A DNA stretch of 64,000 nt from Escherichia phage Ec_YwIITB1. The first letter of the stretch is position 1. Each line of letters opens with the position of its first letter. The notes beneath the pieces were generated by a model. That model had not been told where the DNA came from. It worked only from the letters and a program-made list of their open reading frames with translations, and did no database searches. The stretch is from sequence record PQ356294.1; one strand, 5' to 3'. Below are positions 36,143-47,087 of this stretch, piece after piece. The translations under genes were made by a program, and so were the position numbers.

Positions 36143-36430
36143 TTAGAACCTCATCTGAAAACCGTGCGATTTAACATTACCGCCGCCAATATCAGAAATG
36201 TTAATTTCACACGCAATTGAAGGGTCAATGTCAATTTCACGATTGAGTTTAGTGATAGCTAAAGTATCGCGGCCATTTACAGTACGGAACTCTAAAGGAC
36301 ATACTACATTAACGTAGTTTTTAATCGATTCGCTGGTAGGTTGCAAATGAGCAGGAAGGTCTTTAGGTGCCTTAGAGAAAACCACTTCACAGAAATTTTT
36401 GCGGGTGTCAAAATAAGTAGTCATAAACAT
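36143..36430 (-). CDS. hypothetical protein
   Basis: 95-aa ORF. Confidence 0.6.
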   Translation of the reverse strand: MFMTTYFDTRKNFCEVVFSKAPKDLPAHLQPTSESIKNYVNVVCPLEFRTVNGRDTLAITKLNREIDIDPSIACEINISDIGGGNVKSHGFQMRF

Positions 36431-36445
36431 AGTATTTTCCTCAGT

Positions 36446-36463
36446 GAGGGGCCGAAGCCCCTC
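36446..36463 (-). other. GC hairpin in intergenic leader
   Basis: GAGGGGCCGAAGCCCCTC. Confidence 0.35.
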
Positions 36464-36471
36464 ATTTTATT

Positions 36472-36837
36472 TTAAATATCAAATTCGTTAAGAACTACAT
36501 CAAAGATTGCTTCAAGATGCTCAGGTTTAGCTCTGTTACTCAGAATATGACGAATCCAAGTTTTAACCAGAAGCTTGCGATTAACGCCATTCCAGCAAGG
36601 ATGAGTCCCTAAATCGCGCTGACAAAAATCATCATCCAAAGCGATTTTGAAGTTGGAACCTTCCATTGTGATTGAAACCGTGATGCCATTTTCAAATCGC
36701 ATATAAACGTAGTTAGGAGTCATATACTGTTCAATTTCGCATACTGATCCATTTTGATGTTTCCAAAGGCAAATAGTATCAATAGAACCTGCAATACCAT
36801 TAGAAACATATTTACGTTCAAAGTTGATGTAGTTCAT
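36472..36837 (-). CDS. hypothetical protein
   Basis: 121-aa ORF with GGAG RBS. Confidence 0.6.
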   Translation of the reverse strand: MNYINFERKYVSNGIAGSIDTICLWKHQNGSVCEIEQYMTPNYVYMRFENGITVSITMEGSNFKIALDDDFCQRDLGTHPCWNGVNRKLLVKTWIRHILSNRAKPEHLEAIFDVVLNEFDI

Positions 36838-36863
36838 TTTTATTCTCCGAGATGTTTAATTGC

Positions 36864-36903
36864 GGTACAGGTATATAATATCATATCCTGTACCAAAGTA
36901 AAC
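36864..36903 (-). promoter_or_regulatory. early promoter embedded in an 8-bp-stem palindrome
   Basis: Stem GGTACAGG / CCTGTACC around a 15-nt AT loop; reverse strand GTTTAC, 17-nt spacer, TATTAT. Confidence 0.45.
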
Positions 36904-36905
36904 AA

Positions 36906-37238
36906 TTATTTTACTACTTTCCAATGCTTCATGTCAAGTTTACCAACTTTTTTCATCTTCTCAATTAAGCGTTCTGCGCGTTGGCGAGCTGTAACATAAT
37001 GCCATTCACCTAATTCATTTTGTTCAATTTTTCCAACGATTACTGTATTCAATTCATAAATCCAACCAGTAAAGAAATTATGAACTTGAATTGTAAAGGT
37101 GAAATCTGTCCCCATACCTTCTGTTGTTTCTACTTCAATGATATCACCTTCAACTGCCATTAAGAACCACATAGTTTCATCATATTTACCATTGAAGCAT
37201 TTAGTTTTAACTGCAGCGTTCAGATTAATCGTTTTCAT
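36906..37238 (-). CDS. hypothetical protein
   Basis: 110-aa ORF. Confidence 0.6.
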   Translation of the reverse strand: MKTINLNAAVKTKCFNGKYDETMWFLMAVEGDIIEVETTEGMGTDFTFTIQVHNFFTGWIYELNTVIVGKIEQNELGEWHYVTARQRAERLIEKMKKVGKLDMKHWKVVK

Positions 37239-37314
37239 TTTATTCTCCTTTGTTTGTGTAAGATAATACTATCACAAAGGAACCATACTGTAAACAACTT
37301 TGTGCAGTCTTTGG

Positions 37315-37344
37315 AAAATAAAAAAGGACTCCCGAAGGAGTCCT
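37315..37344 (-). terminator. intrinsic terminator (reverse strand) after ORF 37349-37567
   Basis: AGGACTCCCGAAGGAGTCCT followed by T-run on reverse strand. Confidence 0.5.
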
Positions 37345-37348
37345 CAAC

Positions 37349-37567
37349 TTATGCTTTCTGCTTACCAAAACGAGAAGCATCATCTCGAAGAACCGCACGT
37401 GCTCGGCGCATGATCTTCTCAACAGTTTGATTGATACGAGAGTTCGACCCACGCTTGTAACCAGCGCGTTTAGAATCACCAACTTTCTTTTCAACTGCTT
37501 TCTTTGCTTTAGCTTGTTTTGCCATTATAAATTCTCTTTTAAATGAAAATGCAGGACTTATTGACAT
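37349..37567 (-). CDS. small basic protein, hypothetical
   Basis: 72-aa Lys/Arg-rich ORF; possible internal start at MAKQAK. Confidence 0.55.
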   Translation of the reverse strand: MSISPAFSFKREFIMAKQAKAKKAVEKKVGDSKRAGYKRGSNSRINQTVEKIMRRARAVLRDDASRFGKQKA

Positions 37568-37878
37568 TGCCTGCTAAAGCCCTCAAGGGGGACATAGGTT
37601 TTTGAATATTTAACGACCAGGATAACCATAAACCCGTCAACATACCTTATAGCTCTTATCTGTTGCACACCGTTAGCTTAAAGGTTCCGGGTTCGATTTC
37701 TCGAGGATAAGATATATACTGATGGATATATAGGCCTTGAGGCGTACTCCCGATTAGCCATCACCTCGGGGTAGCATGCACTTGCCGCTATAAAATAACA
37801 TTCAAGAGGTACACCGTAAAACAAAGTTCGACGGCTCCTCGATTTTAGCTCACACTAAGGCAGTGAATCTCCAATAAA
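37568..37878. other. ORF-free, relatively GC-rich structured region; candidate non-coding RNA or regulatory element
   Basis: Stops in all six frames; 8-bp long-range complement CCTCAAGG (37581-37588) / CCTTGAGG (37735-37742); several local palindromes. Confidence 0.3.
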
Positions 37879-38127
37879 TTACTTCAGTGTTACCACAAAG
37901 TGACGAACTGCTTTTCGTGCAGCAGAAGCCAGTGGCTTAGCATATTTAAGTTCATCTTTTTCCTGAAGCTCAGCAGCTAATGCAGTTTGAGCAGGATTCA
38001 GATGTTTGAAATAACGCAGGATTTCAAGAGCTTCGGCTTCAACATCAATAGATGCGCCATAGTTTTCGTGACCATTATTCCATGCGTTTCGTTGCAGTTC
38101 AAGAGCGTGTTGTAATTGTTTAATCAT
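37879..38127 (-). CDS. rIII: rIII lysis inhibition accessory protein
   Basis: 82-aa ORF; T4 homolog. Confidence 0.9.
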   Translation of the reverse strand: MIKQLQHALELQRNAWNNGHENYGASIDVEAEALEILRYFKHLNPAQTALAAELQEKDELKYAKPLASAARKAVRHFVVTLK

Positions 38128-38253
38128 TTAAAAATTCTCGTTAGAGATTAAAACTCGGTAGTCACGTTCTTCTGAATTTCATCTTCTTTCGACAGATCTC
38201 TCAGTTGTAGACTACCACATAGAATTGAAACCCAATTCATATTATTATTTATA

Positions 38254-38589
38254 TCACTTATAAAGACATGGAATAGCTTTATAGTGACAGGTAACGAATT
38301 TTTGTTTAATTTCTTTTGGCTGCTTAAGACCCAGAGCTACAAAAGGATGCGGAACGTTTCGAATTTGACCAACTGGAAGAGAAGTCAAATCACCAACTTC
38401 ACAGAAACCTTCAGGAACATCAGGACCAACGGAGTGAACTACACACAGTTCAGGAACTTCACCTTGAACACGTTTACCGATAATAAGTCCTGATTCTGTA
38501 ACTTCTTCATCACCAGCCTGTGCAGGTTCAGAAACTAAAATAACATATTCACCGACAGCACGAATTGGTAGCTGTTGTACTTCAGACAT
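38254..38589 (-). CDS. 31: gp31 co-chaperonin (GroES-like)
   Basis: 111-aa ORF; T4 homolog; MotA-type promoter upstream. Confidence 0.9.
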
Positions 38590-38619
38590 CGTTTTTCCTT
38601 TTTGTTAACAGATGAATTA

Positions 38620-38647
38620 ATAATAACAAATAATTCTTAAAGCATTT
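38620..38647 (-). promoter_or_regulatory. MotA-dependent middle promoter of gene 31
   Basis: Reverse strand AAATGCTTTA, 12-nt spacer, TATTAT. Confidence 0.45.
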
Positions 38648-38954
38648 ATTTACCAATAAATTGAAGCAAATGCTCAACTTTCATACCATTAACGGAAATC
38701 AATTTGTCAATAGAAAAACCTCGCCATGCACCAAGCTCAACATCAAATACTGGAACCATATCAGTAGATTCTTTCCGAGTAGATTCAGTCAATTTACCGG
38801 TTTGCATGGTTGGCATAAAATCGGCATCACGAGTACCTTTCATAGTACGAATAGTACCATCAGACTTTTCAAAAACTATGTTTGAAACACCCATGGACAA
38901 TTTAGTTTTCAAAATTTCACGAATTGCTACTTTCTGTTCAGTTGTCAGTTTCAT
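38646..38954 (-). CDS. hypothetical protein (31.1 position)
   Basis: 102-aa ORF. Confidence 0.65.
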   Translation of the reverse strand: MKLTTEQKVAIREILKTKLSMGVSNIVFEKSDGTIRTMKGTRDADFMPTMQTGKLTESTRKESTDMVPVFDVELGAWRGFSIDKLISVNGMKVEHLLQFIGK

Positions 38955-39191
38955 TTATTTACCTATTACAGTTTTAATATGGGTTGTTCCACGTTCTTTA
39001 AGAGTGGAAAGCAATTTTTGGCATTTTTCTAAATCAGATTTCCAACTATACGGTCTATCAATACAAACCCATTCTGACTTATAATACTGCTTCCATTTAG
39101 AGAAAAAATACTTCTTATACTCTACAGCAAATGAAATATTCTCGTTAGAATAAGAACTAATTGCTGTGAGCTGTACCAAACGAAATTTCAT
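38955..39191 (-). CDS. hypothetical protein (31.2 position)
   Basis: 78-aa ORF. Confidence 0.6.
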   Translation of the reverse strand: MKFRLVQLTAISSYSNENISFAVEYKKYFFSKWKQYYKSEWVCIDRPYSWKSDLEKCQKLLSTLKERGTTHIKTVIGK

Positions 39192-39772
39192 TATTCACCA
39201 CAGAATTCGTTGATGTTTTCCCAGTTTAACTTATTCAAGTTTTTCTTAGGAACATTAAACACTTCAATACCCGCATTTCGCAGAATATCATCCCAGCCAG
39301 GTTTATTTTTATCGTATGTTTCACAATAAACCAGCTTTTTAATACCAGATTGAGCTATCGCTTTTGCACAATCTGGGCATGGAGAAAGTGTTACATACAT
39401 AGTAGCACCTTCAATTGAAGAACCATTTCGTGCAGCAAACAAAATTGCATTTAGTTCAGCATGAATTTCATTTTTAGACGACCATTCAGAGTGCGCGCTA
39501 CGGTGTTCTTTCGCCAAGACAAAACGATCAGTTGAACCAAATGATACGCATTCAGGCTTATGACCTTGAATGATAGTATGTTTAGGCTTATTCAACAACC
39601 AACCTTGCTCAGCAGCATAATCACAGCAATTCACACCACCTGCAGGTGAACCATTATATCCGGTAGAAATAATACGTCCATTCTTTTCAATTACTGCTCC
39701 TACCTTCCAGGAGCAACATTTTGATTCTTGCGATACTAAATATGCAATTTGAAGTACTGTACTCGCTTTCAT
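39191..39772 (-). CDS. cd: dCMP deaminase
   Basis: 193-aa ORF; zinc-binding HAE...PCPDC motifs. Confidence 0.9.
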   Translation of the reverse strand: MKASTVLQIAYLVSQESKCCSWKVGAVIEKNGRIISTGYNGSPAGGVNCCDYAAEQGWLLNKPKHTIIQGHKPECVSFGSTDRFVLAKEHRSAHSEWSSKNEIHAELNAILFAARNGSSIEGATMYVTLSPCPDCAKAIAQSGIKKLVYCETYDKNKPGWDDILRNAGIEVFNVPKKNLNKLNWENINEFCGE

Positions 39773-40107
39773 TTCATAATCACCAAATAAGCAGATTTAG
39801 CAGTTTCAACACGATAAATTTCGTGACGAAGTTTAGTTATACTTTTAATAACAGAACTAATTATATTCTGCCCATCTTTAAAGCGGTTTTTCTTATCAAT
39901 AAAAATTGCGCCAACCATCTTTTTGTGAAGCTCAACTGGATACTTCGTCACAATAATAGCATCATACACAGAAGGATGAATACTATTCACTAGAGTGTCA
40001 TTCATTAAAGTTATTCTAATAAACTGTGCCGTTTCAGAGTCAAGCGCTCTATGATCGCCAGTATCATTTTCAAGACAATTATCAATTATATCAGTTAAAT
40101 TCATCAT
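39769..40107 (-). CDS. hypothetical protein
   Basis: 112-aa ORF. Confidence 0.6.
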   Translation of the reverse strand: MMNLTDIIDNCLENDTGDHRALDSETAQFIRITLMNDTLVNSIHPSVYDAIIVTKYPVELHKKMVGAIFIDKKNRFKDGQNIISSVIKSITKLRHEIYRVETAKSAYLVIMK

Positions 40108-40340
40108 AGTACGCCATACACCCTTTGTGCTTCAACTAATCCATCAAAATCCAATTTGAGATGTGTTATTTGGTCACCATCACCTGGATTCACAATTACT
40201 AATACTGAACGAGGAGTTTCGGTAATAACGCGAACCGATGTTTCAGGAAATCGTTCAGAAACCTTATTTACCAATTCCTGGGCAAATAGTTTAACTTTTT
40301 CTTGGAATTCTTTAACAGTAATTGGTTTTTCGCTTAGCAT
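40104..40340 (-). CDS. hypothetical protein
   Basis: 78-aa ORF. Confidence 0.6.
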   Translation of the reverse strand: MLSEKPITVKEFQEKVKLFAQELVNKVSERFPETSVRVITETPRSVLVIVNPGDGDQITHLKLDFDGLVEAQRVYGVL

Positions 40341-40861
40341 GTTGATCCTAGCTCCTTACTTTCAACGTTTTTAACTAATTTGACAGAAACTAATTCAGCA
40401 TCTCGAGTAATCATTACCGGGCCTTCTTCATACTCTTCAAGATATTCTAGAGCTTTCTTTTTAGCTTCTTCCTTCGTATCAGTTTGAGCATAGATATAAA
40501 ACATGCAACCAGTAATACCTACTACTTTCCACTTAATTTCTTTATCAGTTTTAATTTCAAATTTACTGACAGAATCATCTTTTTGAACTTCTTCGAAAAA
40601 AGAATATTCTAACATATAAGCAATTGAAAATAACGGGCTAACTTTATAAGATTCGCCCATTACATCAACAGCTTTATACCAGCAGTCATCAATTTCGCGT
40701 TTAATGCTAATAACATTTTTCGCAGGATCTATTTTTACTTTAAATGAATTTTCCCCAATAAACTGGGCAATTCGTTTATTAGCCCCGCAAGTTTCATTAA
40801 AAATATCTTTATATCCAGCTTTAAAGCGATAAACCTTATCTTCTTCAAACCATTCGCTCAT
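40334..40861 (-). CDS. hypothetical protein
   Basis: 175-aa ORF. Confidence 0.65.
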   Translation of the reverse strand: MSEWFEEDKVYRFKAGYKDIFNETCGANKRIAQFIGENSFKVKIDPAKNVISIKREIDDCWYKAVDVMGESYKVSPLFSIAYMLEYSFFEEVQKDDSVSKFEIKTDKEIKWKVVGITGCMFYIYAQTDTKEEAKKKALEYLEEYEEGPVMITRDAELVSVKLVKNVESKELGSTC

Positions 40862-40923
40862 TTCAATTTCCTCATTTGTTTTGGTAGAGCTATAATATCA
40901 CAACTCTACCGTAAAGTAAACTA

Positions 40924-41199
40924 TTAAATTGCTTTGAATTCTGATGTCTGCGATTCAAAGCGAATATCACCTTTGATGACTAGCTCAGCATCAAGACCGA
41001 ATACGACAATGATATGCGCAGAACCTGGATACAGCGTAATGGAAATAGAATCCACTTGGTCTGGAAGCAAAGTATTCAATACATGAGTCACTTGAGCATG
41101 AATTCGAAGCTCAGCTGCGTTATCAAGCTTTTCAAACATATTATTAGCAATAATTTGGCTAAACACTACTTCTACGATTTTAGAATAAGTCGGAAACAT
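40924..41199 (-). CDS. hypothetical protein
   Basis: 91-aa ORF. Confidence 0.6.
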   Translation of the reverse strand: MFPTYSKIVEVVFSQIIANNMFEKLDNAAELRIHAQVTHVLNTLLPDQVDSISITLYPGSAHIIVVFGLDAELVIKGDIRFESQTSEFKAI

Positions 41200-41201
41200 A
41201 T

Positions 41202-41394
41202 TTACCTCACATAATTTTCTTCAAGCCAATCAATAACATCCAACGCATTATCAAAAGTTGAACCATCTACTTTGTCTTCTGTTTCATAATCAAGAACATC
41301 TAAGCCTACTCTTCCATCAACAATAGGCCATAAACAAAATAGATATTTCTTTTCTTTTTCAATTTTATCACAAAGTCGATAAATCTTTTCTATG

Positions 41395-41402
<8 letters not shown>
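41202..41402 (-). CDS. hypothetical protein
   Basis: 66-aa ORF. Confidence 0.55.
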
Positions 41403-42814
<1,412 letters not shown>

Positions 42815-42817
42815 TTA

Positions 42818-43048
42818 TTATTTCTCAACCAATGATTGAATATAATCATGTAAGTCTTTAGATGCTTTACCCCACTTGTTTTGATATTCATTTTTAAGAT
42901 TAGCACGTGATTGAGCTAATAAAACATCATTAGTTGGAGGTAAAGATTCTAATCGTTGAATCTGGCGTCCATAAATCATTGCAGCCATCTCGGATTCATA
43001 AATCAATCCTTTGAGATGTTCAAATTGATGCCATGAAATCATTTGCAT
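42818..43048 (-). CDS. hypothetical protein
   Basis: 76-aa ORF. Confidence 0.55.
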   Translation of the reverse strand: MQMISWHQFEHLKGLIYESEMAAMIYGRQIQRLESLPPTNDVLLAQSRANLKNEYQNKWGKASKDLHDYIQSLVEK

Positions 43049-43338
43049 TTATCCTCTTTTAACTCTTGGCGATAATAACATATCATAGTTTTCTGATCAT
43101 GTACATATCGTTTTACATCATTAAGCCAAATACGAAATTCCTGGGAATCTTCGAATGGCATACCGACCCAAGCTTTACCATCAATAACTTTAACTTGCCA
43201 AGATAGTTTAGCTTCATCGTATGACTTTATTTGTACAGGCCAATTAGGATGAACTGTTTCTTTCTTTACTTCTAGAGGCTTTGTCGAACAACCAACTAGA
43301 ATACCAATAGATAATATTACTGCTGATAGTTTAATCAT
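43039..43338 (-). CDS. o-spanin (outer membrane lipoprotein)
   Basis: 99-aa ORF; signal peptide with lipobox LVGC; adjacent to i-spanin. Confidence 0.75.
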   Translation of the reverse strand: MIKLSAVILSIGILVGCSTKPLEVKKETVHPNWPVQIKSYDEAKLSWQVKVIDGKAWVGMPFEDSQEFRIWLNDVKRYVHDQKTMICYYRQELKEDKCK

Positions 43339-43688
43339 TTAGAAAGGTCCTGGATGTCTTCTGCAAACTTGTTGAAGGAGTTGTTGATTTGTTTTTCAAC
43401 CAATCCTGGCTTATGAGCCACCACATCCGCCTTCTTTGCGTCTTTGCGCAGTTTTTCATTTTCACGCTCAATAGCAGCAATTGCCTCACGATTTTTATTA
43501 TTCATCGCATCAATATAATTATACTGAATTCGCAAATTATTTAATGCTAAAGCGTTTTCATTGGCCGTTTTTGTAATTTCTACAACAGACGTTTCTAATC
43601 TTTCAATTTTATTTTTTAAAATTAAAGAAGTTCCGCCCAATGCAATTACAATTAATAACAAACCTGTTGTCGTATTACTTAATTGCAT
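43335..43688 (-). CDS. i-spanin (inner membrane, coiled-coil)
   Basis: 117-aa ORF; N-terminal hydrophobic helix LLLIVIALGG followed by coiled-coil-like region. Confidence 0.75.
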   Translation of the reverse strand: MQLSNTTTGLLLIVIALGGTSLILKNKIERLETSVVEITKTANENALALNNLRIQYNYIDAMNNKNREAIAAIERENEKLRKDAKKADVVAHKPGLVEKQINNSFNKFAEDIQDLSK

Positions 43689-44182
43689 AAAGTTTTAATA
43701 ACCTCTATAATATCGTCTTGAGAAAGACCGTTAATTAAAATATGATGTTCAGCAGGAGATTTAGAAATTTTAAAGCATGCCTCAACATCTTCTGCCATAT
43801 CTGATGCGCTACGATTTGGATTACTAATTCCAAGACGATGTTTTCCCGTCAAAGGATTAACGATGATATAGCATTTACAGTTATTAATATGAACATTAGG
43901 TTGAGTCTGATTAATGAACACATCACAATCATATTTCGCAAGCTGATTTTCTAAAAAGACTTTCATCTCCTCAACCGCATCAGGAAGCATATCACGGGCT
44001 TGCTCAAGACGACGATTTCGATATTCTTTAATGGTCGTTTTCCGCTTGACTTGCTTAGCTAAATCTTTCTTAAGATCGGTGATATATCCAACTCGACGAT
44101 TTCCTTTAAATACAGAAATCCCATCTGTAGTATCACCGTATGCTTCAACGACCATCTCAGTAGTAATAAGCTGCAAATCCAT
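43679..44182 (-). CDS. alc: Alc transcription terminator (host transcription shutoff)
   Basis: 167-aa ORF; T4 homolog; early promoter upstream. Confidence 0.9.
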   Translation of the reverse strand: MDLQLITTEMVVEAYGDTTDGISVFKGNRRVGYITDLKKDLAKQVKRKTTIKEYRNRRLEQARDMLPDAVEEMKVFLENQLAKYDCDVFINQTQPNVHINNCKCYIIVNPLTGKHRLGISNPNRSASDMAEDVEACFKISKSPAEHHILINGLSQDDIIEVIKTLCN

Positions 44183-44190
44183 TATAAAGT

Positions 44191-44243
44191 CCTCATGTTA
44201 TGTCAGTAAGACTACTGTAACACAGCACGAGGGACTTGTAAAC
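44191..44243 (-). promoter_or_regulatory. sigma70-like early promoter plus leader and RBS for alc (cassette copy B)
   Basis: Reverse strand TTTACA, 17-nt spacer, TACAGT, GAGG, ATG 44182; near-identical to 28502-28554. Confidence 0.5.
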
Positions 44244-44246
44244 AGC

Positions 44247-45834
<1,588 letters not shown>

Positions 45835-45842
45835 AATAAAAT

Positions 45843-45856
45843 GGGCCTTGTGGCCC
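45843..45856 (-). other. GC hairpin between Shine-Dalgarno and start codon of denA
   Basis: GGGCCACAAGGCCC on reverse strand, between AAGGAG (45858-45863) and ATG 45834. Confidence 0.4.
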
Positions 45857-45861
45857 ACTCC

Positions 45862-47036
45862 TTAAAAATATTTTTTAAAACTCATCATAACTTTATCATC
45901 AACATCATTATCAATCTGTGCTACAAGATAAGATGACAGTTCTACTTCTTGCGGCGCGGATTGAACATTATCAGAATTAAGATATTCACGAATCCAAGGA
46001 TACGGGTGTTTAACCGGAGCATCGGTAATTGGGCATGGAAGACCACACTGTTTCATACGAGATACAGTTAAGTAATCAATAAAGTTCCACATGCTATTTG
46101 TATTTAATCCAGGAACATCGCCATCTTTAAATAAATGAACTGCCCAGTCTTTTTCTTGGCGGTTAACTTCCATGAAAATATCAACTGCTTCTTGTTCACA
46201 CTCTTGGGCGATTTTAACCCATTCATCACCATCAGTGCCAAGTTGAAGTTGACGAATAATATATTGGGTGCCTTTAAGGTGAAGCTGTTCATCACGTGCA
46301 ATGAACTTCATAATCTTGGCATTACCTTCCATGATTTCCATGTTTTTATGGAAGTTAAAGGTACATGCGAAAGATACGTAAAAACGAATAGCTTCCAGTG
46401 CGTTGATTACATGCAGACAAAGGTAAAGAGAACGCATTAGTTCACGTTTCCAATACATTTCATGCTCTATGGCATCTTTAATATCATCTTCGTCTGCGTT
46501 AATTTCTTTTTGGTACTCAATATCAGCTTTAGCATTCTGCCACGAGTTTTCTCAATAACATCATCATAGTAACGACCAATAGATTCAGCACGTTTCATGA
46601 TAGCTTTATCTAATACAATCTCATCAAATACTTTTGACGGATCAGTATAAAGATTCCGCATGATATGAGTGTATGAACGACTGTGAATAGTTTCGCTAAA
46701 AGTCCATGTAGCAACCCATGTATCAAGGCTTGGGTCTGAAATTAACGACATAAGTACAGCAGACGGTGCACGACCCTGAATGCTATCCAAAAGTGATTGA
46801 TACTTCAGGTTATTAGTAAAAATATCTTGCTGATACTGAGGAAGCTTGTTAAATTGTGCAGCATCCATCATCAAGTTTACTTCTTCAGGACGCCAGAAAA
46901 ATGACAACTGCTTTTCGGTTAAATCTTCAAAAACTTTATGGCGTTGAATATCATAACGCGCAATACCAAGACCTGAACCGAAGAACATAGGTTCTTTTAA
47001 AACATCAACTGGATTTGTATTAAAAACTGTGCTCAT
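45862..47036 (-). CDS. nrdB: ribonucleotide reductase small subunit NrdB, intron-less; frameshifted near 46539-46546
   Basis: 189-aa ORF 46467-47036 (N-terminus) and 198-aa ORF 45862-46458 (C-terminus) in different frames, 8 nt apart; alternate frame reads through the junction. Confidence 0.85.
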
Positions 47037-47087
47037 AAATTTTCCGCTTAGTTAATAGATAGTGACTCATCCGTGAGTCAAATTATA

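Noticed and set aside
37690-37712. tRNA-like T-loop motif GGTTCGATT
   Set aside because: Flanking stems are not complementary and no acceptor, D or anticodon arm could be built; kept only as part of the structured-region finding.
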